A DNA stretch of 64,000 nucleotides from Candidatus Micrarchaeota archaeon (GTDB lineage: Archaea; Micrarchaeota; Micrarchaeia; Anstonellales; Bilamarchaeaceae), in contig JBFMEZ010000025.1 in the NCBI GenBank assembly GCA_040753215.1, forward strand, positions 87,905-151,904, written 5' to 3'. The translations under genes and the position numbers were made by a program. The notes beneath the pieces were generated by a model, which searched no databases, was not told the origin of the DNA, and worked only from the letters and a program-made list of their open reading frames with translations. Each line of letters opens with the position of its first letter. Position 1 is the first letter of the stretch. Below are positions 19,648-28,073 of this stretch, in pieces.

Positions 19648-19929
19648 TCATCTCTTCAATTCCACTTTCTTCTTCGTCCTCCCCCGCAGGACCTTCTCAA
19701 CGCTCTTCTTGCACTCCGGGCAGGTGAGCATCAGCTTCTGCCTCTTCCCCTGCTTCTTCACGGCCTTCTTCCCCTTCCTCTTTCCCCCGTGCCCCAGAAG
19801 GCTCCTCTCGTGCCTCCTCGTCCCGTGGGCGAGGCTCCTCGCCCTTCCCTTGCTGGCAATCTTCACCTTCATCCTCTGGTGCCTGCTGCACGTGGGGCAG
19901 TATGTCCTGATCTCCTTTGGAAATTCCAT
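19648..19929 (-). CDS. rpl44e: 50S ribosomal protein L44e
   Basis: PKEIRTYCPTC..H, GHGG, LTCPEC. Confidence 0.93.
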   Translation of the reverse strand: MEFPKEIRTYCPTCSRHQRMKVKIASKGRARSLAHGTRRHERSLLGHGGKRKGKKAVKKQGKRQKLMLTCPECKKSVEKVLRGRTKKKVELKR

Positions 19930-19945
19930 CCTAAATCACCTTAAA

Positions 19946-19990
19946 TTACTGAAGCAGCTCCACCATCTTTTCCTTAAGAAGCCACTGCGC
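19946..19990 (-). repeat. Displaced, recoded duplicate of the GINS gene 3' end
   Basis: AQWLLKEKMVELLQ* against AQWLLKEKMAELLQ* (20097-20141). Confidence 0.9.
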
Positions 19991-20098
19991 TCCGAACCGC
20001 GGGGAGAGCGCTCCCCCCATTCAGTTTCCTGTTTCCAGCCTCCAGTTTCCCTAAACCCTAAACGGGAAACCGGGAACTCTCTGACCCCCTCCCACTTC
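19991..20098 (-). mobile_element. Type A element with an internal heptamer-repeat insertion
   Basis: cgcggggagagcgctcccccca hairpin, ctgaccccctcccacttca motif, cagtttcctgtttccagcc repeats. Confidence 0.75.
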
Positions 20099-20654
20099 AT
20101 TGTAGGAGCTCTGCCATCTTCTCTTTCAGAAGCCATTGGGCCTCCTCACCAGGCAGCTCCGCCTCGTCCCCCGTCTTGAAGGGCCCGTAGACCTTCTCGT
20201 CCAGCCCTTTGTAGGGGCTTATATCTTTTACGAACTTAATTCTTTTAATGTTTGCCTTCCCGCCCCCGACCACAACCGCATCCGTCCCTGAGACGGAAAT
20301 ACTGCACTTCTCCGCGTCCACGAGCCCGTGCATAGCTGCCTCGTTCCTGTCCACGACCTCCCTGAGCCGGGCCAGGAACTCCTTCTCCTCCGGAGTCAGC
20401 CCCTTCACCTCGCTCTTCCCGCGCAATGAAATGAGCACAATCTTTTCCATCCTCTTGTTGATGATGCCTTTCGCAATCCTCTTCACGTTCTCGCATTCCT
20501 TTATCACGAGCAAATTCTGCGAAGAAAGCGCCTCGCTCTTCCTCGCTTCGAGAAAAGCCCTCAGCTCCGGGTAGAACCCCTCATCAAGGGCCGCGAGCTC
20601 CGCGTTCTGCATCTCGGAGCGCTGCAACTCCCTCAGCCTTGAGTACGTGAGCAT
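20097..20654 (-). CDS. GINS subunit (Gins51-like)
   Basis: Helical A domain (R.EKI, LTPEEK) followed by a B domain (YKGLD.KVYGPFK.GD...LP..EA.WL). Confidence 0.8.
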   Translation of the reverse strand: MLTYSRLRELQRSEMQNAELAALDEGFYPELRAFLEARKSEALSSQNLLVIKECENVKRIAKGIINKRMEKIVLISLRGKSEVKGLTPEEKEFLARLREVVDRNEAAMHGLVDAEKCSISVSGTDAVVVGGGKANIKRIKFVKDISPYKGLDEKVYGPFKTGDEAELPGEEAQWLLKEKMAELLQ

Positions 20655-20708
20655 AAGATTCCTTCCCCACTTACTTTACCGGAAAATGAATATAAACCGG
20701 TAAGTTTG

Positions 20709-21578
20709 CTATCCAACATACTCCCAGTACTGCTTCACGAAAACCGAGAACAGATACCGCACGAAATGCGCGCTCCGTTTCGAGTAGTCCACCTTCCGCA
20801 GCACAAGATAATAGAGCATTTTTTCTGCATCAAATATATTCAGCAGCGGATACCCGTTCCTCAGCAGCACCAAGTTCATGAGCAGCCTGGACATCCTTCC
20901 ATTCCCGTCCCTGAACGGGTGTATGCGCACAAACTTGAGGTGCACGAGCGCCGCCAGCTCAAAGGGGTTCAGCTTCCCCTTCGCCTCCGAGTACCACCTG
21001 AAGAACTTTCCCATCAGCTCCGGCACCTCCTCGTGCCTCGGCGCAAAATAGCCTCCCACCCGCACATCCACATCCCTGTACCTGCCCGCATCCCGCATGG
21101 AACCATCCATCTGCATCCTGTGCAGCTTCAGCACCAGCTTCTCAGAAATATCTTCTCTGTTGCTGAAGAGGAAATCGACGCACTTCTTCATGTTCCTCGC
21201 TTCCCGCGCGTACTCCCCCTTTCCCTTCACTCTTCTCCCCAGCAGCGCCGCCTCCGTCTCCTCCAGCGTGAGCGTGCTTCCCTCAATCGCATTCGTGTTG
21301 TAGATGAAGCTTACCAGCCGCTCCCTCTCTTCCTTCCAGAGGTTCTTTCCTATCCTGTGCTTTTTCGAGTAATTTTTCCTTATTTTTTCCAGCACCTCCG
21401 TTTCCTCTTCTGAAAGAATGGGCTTCGGGCGCTCCCGCCTCGGCTTCTCAAAGCCGGCCGGCGTATGCACGCCGAGGTATTTCCGCACCTTCTTCGTCTT
21501 CTCCCCAACTCTCTTCGTCTCCGTAAGATAGTAGTAAGTCTTTCCCGCGATTTTTTTCTTCTCTATGTATCCCGCCAT
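20709..21578 (-). CDS. Fic family protein
   Basis: HPFRDGNGRMSR; YNTNAIEGST. Confidence 0.93.
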   Translation of the reverse strand: MAGYIEKKKIAGKTYYYLTETKRVGEKTKKVRKYLGVHTPAGFEKPRRERPKPILSEEETEVLEKIRKNYSKKHRIGKNLWKEERERLVSFIYNTNAIEGSTLTLEETEAALLGRRVKGKGEYAREARNMKKCVDFLFSNREDISEKLVLKLHRMQMDGSMRDAGRYRDVDVRVGGYFAPRHEEVPELMGKFFRWYSEAKGKLNPFELAALVHLKFVRIHPFRDGNGRMSRLLMNLVLLRNGYPLLNIFDAEKMLYYLVLRKVDYSKRSAHFVRYLFSVFVKQYWEYVG

Positions 21579-21621
21579 ACATACATTTAGGGGGCACGCC
21601 ATTTTAAACATTTAGGGGGCA

Positions 21622-21746
21622 CAGTTCCAGTTTCCTGTATCCGGTTTTCAGTTTCGATTGCTTTATGGCTATGCTTTCCATTTTTGTAGTCCCATCCAAT
21701 CGGGAAAGTGGAGACTGAAAACCTGTTGCTGGAAACCGAAGACTGA
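21622..21746. repeat. Heptamer-repeat inverted repeat
   Basis: cagttccagtttcctgtatccggttttcagtttc ... gagactgaaaacc...ctggaaaccgaagactg. Confidence 0.65.
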
Positions 21747-21749
21747 TTT

Positions 21750-21773
21750 AGCCCCGGAGGGGGATTGAACCCC
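21750..21773 (-). repeat. Duplicate of the tRNA-Thr(CGT) 3' 24 nt
   Basis: agccccggagggggattgaacccc is identical to 22406-22429. Confidence 0.95.
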
Positions 21774-21869
21774 TCCAAGAAGAAGGGGGAAGGCGTTCCC
21801 CCCTCTCTTTAGGGTAATCATACCCCCCTTCCACTTCACTTCGTCACTCTTTGCACGTGCTCCTTACGC
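21774..21869 (-). mobile_element. Type A element
   Basis: gggggaaggcgttccccc hairpin ... ccacttcact ... gtgctccttacgc. Confidence 0.75.
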
Positions 21870-21910
21870 CCGACCGAAAGAGATTAAATCCACGCCCCAG
21901 AACATCTCGT

Positions 21911-22402
21911 ATGCAGATAATCATAAGGAAAGCCCGCCCGGGCGACATCGAACTGCTCGCGCCCATGTGGAGGGAACTCACCAATTACCATACTATTCTC
22001 GCAGCCAGAAATCCGGCAAGAAAAGAGTTTACCGCAATGGTCGGAAACGCAGAATCACTATGGAGAAAGTGGATTCTGAAATGGATTCGCTCGCCCAACG
22101 GGCTCGTGCTGATAGCGGAGCATGCCGGCAAGCCAGTCGGTTATTCCTTCAATTTCATCAAGAAATCCAATCCGGTGTATCGCGTAAATAAGATGGGCTG
22201 CATGAGCGACCTTTACGTCGCACCCGGCTACCGCAATAAAGGAATTTCCTCACGATTCAGGGACGAAGCATTCAAGTGGTTCAGAAAGAAGGGCTTGAGG
22301 CACGCTTGCATAGGCGCCCACGGCTCCAACAAAAGAGCCCTGAGCATTTATCGGAAATGGGGTTTCTTCGACTTCTCAGTTGATCTAAGAAAGAGGATAT
22401 AA
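21911..22402 (+). CDS. GNAT acetyltransferase
   Basis: IRKA...D, LYVAPGYRNKGI, N.RA...YRKWGF. Confidence 0.9.
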   Translation: MQIIIRKARPGDIELLAPMWRELTNYHTILAARNPARKEFTAMVGNAESLWRKWILKWIRSPNGLVLIAEHAGKPVGYSFNFIKKSNPVYRVNKMGCMSDLYVAPGYRNKGISSRFRDEAFKWFRKKGLRHACIGAHGSNKRALSIYRKWGFFDFSVDLRKRI

Positions 22403-22405
22403 CCA

Positions 22406-22613
22406 AGCCCCGGAGGGGGATTGAACCCCCGACCTCTCGCTGTCCCGTTTCCGGTTTCCGCATCTCTGCGGAGATGACTCCGCTTCTCTGCGGAGAAGAC
22501 TGGCAGAATCCTTCGGGATTCCGCCATGGCAGAAACCTGCTGGTTTCCGCCATCCTGTTTCCAGTTCCGAACCGGATTACGAGGCGAGCGCTCTACCGCT
22601 GAGCTACCGAGGC
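22406..22613 (-). tRNA. tRNA-Thr(CGT) with a 136-nt intron at 37/38 (intron 22442-22577)
   Basis: The exons join to a 72-nt cloverleaf with CTCGC-CT-CGT-AA-GCGAG; relaxed bulge-helix-bulge (CTCG/CGGG) at the junctions. Confidence 0.88.
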
Positions 22614-22709
22614 GCAAAGAGGAAGGGGGAAGCGTTCCCCCTTCTCTTTAGCGTAATCATAACTCCCTTCAACTTTGCTTAGGGGATGCTTTGCTCGTAC
22701 TCCTTACGC
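22614..22709 (-). mobile_element. Type A element abutting tRNA-Thr +1
   Basis: gaagggggaagcgttcccccttc hairpin ... cgtactccttacgc. Confidence 0.75.
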
Positions 22710-22747
22710 ATTTCTTTGCTCCCCAACTTTTATTAAATTGAGGAGAA

Positions 22748-22831
22748 CGCCAGGAGCAGGATTTGAACCTGCAATCCCTTGCGGGACTCGTTTTCGAGAC
22801 GAGCGCGTTCACCGGGCTCCGCCATCCTGGC
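22748..22831 (-). tRNA. tRNA-Ser(CGA)
   Basis: GCCAGGA acceptor stem, CTCGT-CT-CGA-AA-ACGAG, long variable arm, GGTTCAAATCC. Confidence 0.95.
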
Positions 22832-22839
22832 AGCAATTA

Positions 22840-23517
22840 TTATACTCCGCTTATTTTCTTAAACCTGATTGCATCCTCGCCCATAGTAATGTTGTTGAAG
22901 AATACGTACTCCGCTCCCCTCGTTTTCTTTGCAATTTCCTTTAGCTCCGCATCGCTGAATGTATAATAATACATCATCCTTTCTCCCAATCCGTGCAATC
23001 TGTAATACCCAATTTTCCGATGAAAACTCTCCTGCCTCAAAGGGTCCACAATATGCTCCAGCTCTAGTTCTTCAAATAGGGGCTCCGCAATCTCCCGTGT
23101 CCAGTCCTTGCTCCATCTCACCTCCCACCCCAGCCTAAACTCTTCCCGCTTAATCTTCCCGAAGAATTTCCTCGCCCTCGCAATATTCTCCTTCGTAGGC
23201 TTAAATGAAGCAGGAGATTGGAAAACCAGAAAGTCCGCCCTCAACAATTCCGCAACTTTCTTCGTCTCCCAAAATGCCTTCACCGATTCCGCTCCTCTAA
23301 ACCTGTCAAAATGCGTCACAGTTCGCAAAACCTTCAGCGTAAACTCAAACTCCGGATTCACCGAATCCGCCTTCGCCCTCCACTTCTCCGCGGTCTTCAG
23401 CATAGGCAGTTTATAGAAGGTGGAATTCACCTCCACCGCAGGAAATGCATGCACATAATTCAGCAGCCTGTCTCCCCTCTCAGGAAAAGAAGACCATCCG
23501 CAGGTTCCTATTTTCAT
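22840..23517 (-). CDS. DUF72 family protein
   Basis: IGTCGW, VEVNSTFY, FQSPASF, YYRLHG, FFNN. Confidence 0.9.
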   Translation of the reverse strand: MKIGTCGWSSFPERGDRLLNYVHAFPAVEVNSTFYKLPMLKTAEKWRAKADSVNPEFEFTLKVLRTVTHFDRFRGAESVKAFWETKKVAELLRADFLVFQSPASFKPTKENIARARKFFGKIKREEFRLGWEVRWSKDWTREIAEPLFEELELEHIVDPLRQESFHRKIGYYRLHGLGERMMYYYTFSDAELKEIAKKTRGAEYVFFNNITMGEDAIRFKKISGV

Positions 23518-23522
23518 AGCAC

Positions 23523-23963
23523 TCACAAGAATTTGCTCATCACGCACACATCCTTGCCGCCCCAGTGCTTCCTCAGCCTCGCCTCTTCCTTATAACCCCT
23601 GCTCTTATAGAATTTGTACGCATTAATCGTGGGCAAAGTCCAAAGATAAATCTTCACGCACTTGTTCTTTCTCGCCATCTCCTCGCACTTTTCCAGCAAT
23701 TCCGTGCCTATCCCGCTTCTCCTGCGTCCCTTCGCAACAGCAAAAGCGCCCACGCTAGCGACCTTCCTCCCCACACGCAGCGAAATCGCCCCGACTATCC
23801 TGCCCCCTTCCTTGGCGGATAAAAAGTACCTTTTTTCCTTATTAGAAAATGTCTTGTAATAATCCGCCCCGGCCTTGGGCCCGAAGAAATCCATGAAAAA
23901 GCCCTTCATCTCCCTGCCTACGAATTTTCTGTACGCCTTTTTGGAAACAGGAGCTATTCTCAT
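23523..23963 (-). CDS. GNAT acetyltransferase
   Basis: V.KGRRRSGIGTELL, AYKFYKSRGY. Confidence 0.85.
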   Translation of the reverse strand: MRIAPVSKKAYRKFVGREMKGFFMDFFGPKAGADYYKTFSNKEKRYFLSAKEGGRIVGAISLRVGRKVASVGAFAVAKGRRRSGIGTELLEKCEEMARKNKCVKIYLWTLPTINAYKFYKSRGYKEEARLRKHWGGKDVCVMSKFL

Positions 23964-24084
23964 GCTGGGCTTACGAAGCCAAAGGCTAAAAATCAGATTG
24001 CGGTTCCGGGTAGTCCACGCCCGCCGCAATTCCCTATTGTGTCATATTATGTATTTTTATATTCTATCAGGCATAAATCAACTA

Positions 24085-25068
24085 ATGGGCGATTATGTTT
24101 CCCGCAATGCCAATCCTGTCCTTAAGAGCATAGCGCCGGTTGTCGAACGTTCGGTGCATGTCCGGATAGACTGGGACCGGTTAAAGCAATTTGCCAGCCG
24201 GTTCATGGAAGGCAACATAAGGCACTGGGTGGCAGCCTCCCACGTCGACCTCTCAGGCATGGGCGCCGATGAGAAACTAGCTTTCCTATTCGTCTTCAAT
24301 TCGATCAGCTTCAGCTACTGGGGCAGCCCGAAATGGTCGGTTCCGCTCGAGGGCGTGCCCCAGCGCGGAACCCTCTACATGCTCCACTGCCTGCGCAGGG
24401 CGGTGGCCGAAGGGAAGCCCATCCTGAACCCAGACTACCTCGCCACAATCCGCAGGGAGGAACTCGCGGAAATCCTGAAAGGAACCCCTGAAATCCCTCT
24501 TCTCGACGCGCGCAACAATATACTCCGGCAGCTGGGCAGCGTGACCGCCACCGGCTGGGGCGGCAAATTTTCAAATTACCTGGAAGCCGCATGTGGGGAT
24601 GCGGTGGACCTCCTACTGGTCATTGAACACGCCCTGCCGTCTTTCTGGGATGAGCCATGTTACGGAAATGATGGCGTGAGGGTTTTCTTCTACAAGCGCG
24701 CCCAGCTTCTGGTTTCAGATATCCATGCAGTATTCAACGGCGAGGGATACGGTGATTTAGTGCGCACCGAAAAACTGACCGCATGCGCCGACTATATTCT
24801 CCCCATGGTTCTCAGGCACCATGGCATACTCGTGTACAGCCCTGTTCTCGCGGATGTTGTCGATAACGGAGTTGAGGTCAAAAACGGCAGCGATGAAGAA
24901 ATCGAGATAAGGGCCAACACCGTATTTGCGGTAGAACTGCTAAAGAGCGAGCTTCTTGGGAGGTTTCCGGGCATAACCTCCATGCAACTGAACGATTATC
25001 TCTGGCTCTCAAGAACAAGGCTTCCAGAAGGCGTGAAACATCATCTCACAAGGACAACTGCCTACTGA
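24085..25068 (+). CDS. Queuosine salvage family protein (DUF2419/Qng1-like)
   Basis: NSISFSYW, FYKRAQLLVSD, LTACADYILP.VLR, EIEIRA, LNDYLW, HHLTRTTAY. Confidence 0.85.
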   Translation: MGDYVSRNANPVLKSIAPVVERSVHVRIDWDRLKQFASRFMEGNIRHWVAASHVDLSGMGADEKLAFLFVFNSISFSYWGSPKWSVPLEGVPQRGTLYMLHCLRRAVAEGKPILNPDYLATIRREELAEILKGTPEIPLLDARNNILRQLGSVTATGWGGKFSNYLEAACGDAVDLLLVIEHALPSFWDEPCYGNDGVRVFFYKRAQLLVSDIHAVFNGEGYGDLVRTEKLTACADYILPMVLRHHGILVYSPVLADVVDNGVEVKNGSDEEIEIRANTVFAVELLKSELLGRFPGITSMQLNDYLWLSRTRLPEGVKHHLTRTTAY

Positions 25069-25104
25069 AACTGGAAACCGAGAACTGGATGCTGAAAACT
25101 GATT

Positions 25105-25175
25105 TGCGGCCGCCGGGATTTGAACCCGGGTCGCCAGATTGGCAATCTGGAATCCTACCGCTAGACTACGGCCGC
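25105..25175 (-). tRNA. tRNA-Gly(GCC)
   Basis: CCAGA-TT-GCC-AA-TCTGG anticodon arm, GCGGCCG acceptor stem. Confidence 0.97.
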
Positions 25176-25303
25176 TCCAAGAGGAAGGGGGAGCGCCCCC
25201 TTCTCTCTAGGGTACTCATAACCCCCCATCAATTGCGGGGCTGTGAATTCATTCTGACCCCCTCCCACTTCACTTTGCAATGCTTTACTCGTACTCCTTA
25301 CGC
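25176..25303 (-). mobile_element. Type A element abutting tRNA-Gly(GCC) +1
   Basis: gaagggggagcgcccccttc hairpin, ttcattctgaccccctcccacttcactttgcaa, gtactccttacgc. Confidence 0.78.
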
Positions 25304-25388
25304 ATAGGGGCGTGCATCTCTTCTAACCGAAGAGCATTCCTATTTTCCAATAAAACCTTTTATTAACTTTCTTGCAGCAATTTGCTCC

Positions 25389-26459
25389 GTGAATTCTGTC
25401 CATATAATCGGCGCAGGGCCTGCTGGCGCAGTCGCCGCAATCTCAGCCCTCCGCGAGGGTCACAGAGTAGAAATGAGCGAGGAGCACCCTACTCCCGGCT
25501 TTCCTGTTGACTGCTCCGGCCTTGTTTCTAGGGAAGGCCTGGAATCCCTCTCCGGCCTGGTTGATTACAGGAACCACACCATCAACCCAATTCACGGCGC
25601 AATCCTGGATTTCTCCGGCCACACCCTCAGGATAGATGCTAGGAAGCCGGTCGCATTCGTAATCAACCGCGCTTCCTTCGACCTCTCCCTCTCCAAAAAG
25701 GCCGAATCCGAAGGCGCAAGATTAATCTGCAATGAGCGCATCTCCTCCCAATTCCGCGGCGATTCCATAATAGGCGCAGACGGCCCCAATTCATCAGTCG
25801 CTTCCCATTTCCAATTCCCGCAAATCCGCCGCTTCGTCCTCACCGCCCGCTGCACCGTAAAATATGATGGGGAAAATCCCCATTCCATCCGCGCCTACCT
25901 CTCCAACAAGCTCTCTCCCGGCTTCTTCTCCTGGCTCATCCCCCACAATGAGGAATACGCGGAAATGGGAACGGGTGTCCTCCTTCCCAAAAACCCACTC
26001 CCGTCCCTCCATTCCCTCTCCAGAAGAACAGGAATCCCGCTCCCAAAGGAAATCCGCTTCGCCCTTATCCCTCTCGAATGCAGGAAGAAAACCTCCCTCC
26101 GCTCCGCAGGAAAATCCGTCCTTCTCGCAGGAGATGCAGCCGGCCAGGTAAAATCCACCACCGGAGGAGGGGTCTTCTTCGGAACCTCCTGCGCCCGCCT
26201 CGCGGGAAGGCATGCATTCTTCCCCGAAGTATACGAGAAGGAATGGAGAGCCCTGCACGGGAAAGACCTGCGCCTCCACAAATTTGCCCATCGCCTCTAC
26301 GGCCTGCTCCCCGACCCGCCCATGAACCTCGCAGGGAAAGCCCTCTCTTTCTTCAAAGTGGAGAGATACCTGGAGGAAAGGGGGCAGATGGACAGGCCGA
26401 CGGAAATCCTCCGCCCTTCCCTCCTGGGGCACACCTTCTCCTCGCTGATGCAAAAATAG
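25389..26459 (+). CDS. Geranylgeranyl reductase family FAD oxidoreductase
   Basis: IIGAGPAG, GADG, WLIP, GDAAGQVK.TTGGG. Confidence 0.87.
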   Translation: MNSVHIIGAGPAGAVAAISALREGHRVEMSEEHPTPGFPVDCSGLVSREGLESLSGLVDYRNHTINPIHGAILDFSGHTLRIDARKPVAFVINRASFDLSLSKKAESEGARLICNERISSQFRGDSIIGADGPNSSVASHFQFPQIRRFVLTARCTVKYDGENPHSIRAYLSNKLSPGFFSWLIPHNEEYAEMGTGVLLPKNPLPSLHSLSRRTGIPLPKEIRFALIPLECRKKTSLRSAGKSVLLAGDAAGQVKSTTGGGVFFGTSCARLAGRHAFFPEVYEKEWRALHGKDLRLHKFAHRLYGLLPDPPMNLAGKALSFFKVERYLEERGQMDRPTEILRPSLLGHTFSSLMQK

Positions 26460-26508
26460 CAATATTTATAAACAACCTCGAACCCACTATTCCCGCACAA
26501 GGTGGCGT

Positions 26509-27009
26509 ATGATAATCCGGTATGAACAGACGAAATCAAAGGAAGAGCAGCCGGAGCACAACGGCTTCCCCCACCTTCCGCAGTATACGCTCCCGATGCT
26601 GCCCCACCACTACGAAGAGCTCCCGCGCCACCACAAGGACCAGGTCGTCTGGTCCTACGTCCCCTGGATAAGGGAATCGCGCACAGATTTCTACGAAATC
26701 CTCGCCCTGCCGCAGGAGGAGCGCCTCAGGATATACGAGCGCATAGTGCTCGGCCACAGCGTGAACATAGCCGGTGAGGTCGCCCGGGTCGAGCTGAAGA
26801 GCCCCAAGACAGGCAGGGTAACCCGCTCCACGGAGAGGGACGTGAGGAAGGTCATCTCCTATATAGAGGAAAACCCGGACATAAAGGCCGAGCAGCTCGT
26901 CGGCTACGTCCAGCCTAAGGTTTTCAGCCGCCTCATGCTATACATAAAATTCTCCGGGAACAACCAGGCGTCGCTCAGGAAATTCTTCGAAGGGCTCCTG
27001 AAGGAATAA
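26509..27009 (+). CDS. Hypothetical protein
   Basis: ORF with genome-like codon use and TTTATAAA upstream. Confidence 0.7.
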   Translation: MIIRYEQTKSKEEQPEHNGFPHLPQYTLPMLPHHYEELPRHHKDQVVWSYVPWIRESRTDFYEILALPQEERLRIYERIVLGHSVNIAGEVARVELKSPKTGRVTRSTERDVRKVISYIEENPDIKAEQLVGYVQPKVFSRLMLYIKFSGNNQASLRKFFEGLLKE

Positions 27010-27046
27010 GTAGCTTTCTCTTCAAATCAATCCATCTGGTGCATCT

Positions 27047-27325
27047 ATGGAATATATCATACTCTCACCCTGCACAACCGCAAAGACCCGGGAACTCCGC
27101 ATGCGCGGCAGGATAGACATCCGCAAGGCGGAGAAAGCCCTCCCCCCGGAAGCTGATATCCTCGCGTTCACAGAAGTGTTCCTTTCCCTCGCCTACAAGG
27201 GAAAACCCTTCTCCCTCTACCCCTCCGGAAAGATAATAGTGAAGGATTCGGAGGCGGAAGAGGCGAAGTCCCTTCTGAAGGAGATGTTCTCCCTTTTAGA
27301 GAGAAAAGGGTGCCTGAGTGAGTAG
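27047..27325 (+). CDS. Hypothetical protein
   Basis: ORF with an SLYPSGKIIV motif. Confidence 0.65.
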   Translation: MEYIILSPCTTAKTRELRMRGRIDIRKAEKALPPEADILAFTEVFLSLAYKGKPFSLYPSGKIIVKDSEAEEAKSLLKEMFSLLERKGCLSE

Positions 27326-28073
27326 CCAGTCCCCCGTTTCCACATCGCTTCGCGATGACTCCATGTTGCCTCGGCAACAACTGGCGAAGTTCTGCGGAAC
27401 TTCACCATGGCAGAAACCTTCCGGGTTTCCGCCATCCAGTTTCCCGAAGCTAAACATTGACTTCCACGTGCACACCTCCTTCTCTTCGGATGGAAGGATA
27501 AAATTAGCTGAACTCGCCTCCCTTTCCAAACAATTCGGAATAATCCCCGCCCTCACCGACCACAACAACATGGATGCCTGCTCCCCCTTCAAAAAATTCG
27601 AAATCCCCTTCATCCCCGGAGAGGAAATCCGCGTTGCACAGGGCGATTTCATAGGCCTCTTCCTCTCCGAGCCGATTCCTGAAGGGATAGATTTCTACGA
27701 AGCCCTCGACTTAATCCGTGCGCAGGGAGCCCTCGCTTATGTCCCGCACATGTTCGACGCACTCCGCCCCGGAGTAGTAAAGGAGGAATACGGAAAAGCC
27801 GCAGACATAATAGAAGTATTCAACGCCCGCTCCTTCGCCCGCTTCGACAGGCAGGCAGAAGAATTCGCCAAAAGGGAAGGCAAATTAATGGCGGCAGGAA
27901 GCGACGCCCACTTCCCGTTCGAATTCGGGCACACTTATACCGAATTAAGCCTCACCCCAGACCAACTGGAACCCAAATCTCTTCTCCGCGCTTTAAAGAA
28001 TGCGAGAATAGCAGGAAAGCGCACTTCTTTTCTCAAGAGGAAAATAGCGAAATATACCGGAATCTACATCTAA
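27318..28073 (+). CDS. PHP-family phosphoesterase with an element-derived N-terminal insertion
   Basis: DFHVHT.FS.DG, TDHN, GEEI, EVFNAR, GSDAH. Confidence 0.88.
   Translation: MSSQSPVSTSLRDDSMLPRQQLAKFCGTSPWQKPSGFPPSSFPKLNIDFHVHTSFSSDGRIKLAELASLSKQFGIIPALTDHNNMDACSPFKKFEIPFIPGEEIRVAQGDFIGLFLSEPIPEGIDFYEALDLIRAQGALAYVPHMFDALRPGVVKEEYGKAADIIEVFNARSFARFDRQAEEFAKREGKLMAAGSDAHFPFEFGHTYTELSLTPDQLEPKSLLRALKNARIAGKRTSFLKRKIAKYTGIYI
27326..27445. repeat. Four-hairpin module flanked by heptamers (type D)
   Basis: Near-identical to 45973-46100; structurally equivalent to 22445-22568. Confidence 0.85.

Noticed and set aside
9043..21773. tRNA 3' fragments as split-tRNA halves
   Set aside because: They are only 23-24 nt, lack the anticodon-side half and complementary leader or BHB sequences, and intact parent genes lie about 0.6 kb away.
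9043..25303. Provirus or conventional integrative element at the tRNA loci
   Set aside because: No integrase, capsid, terminase or replication gene is recognisable, and the inserts are under 1 kb.
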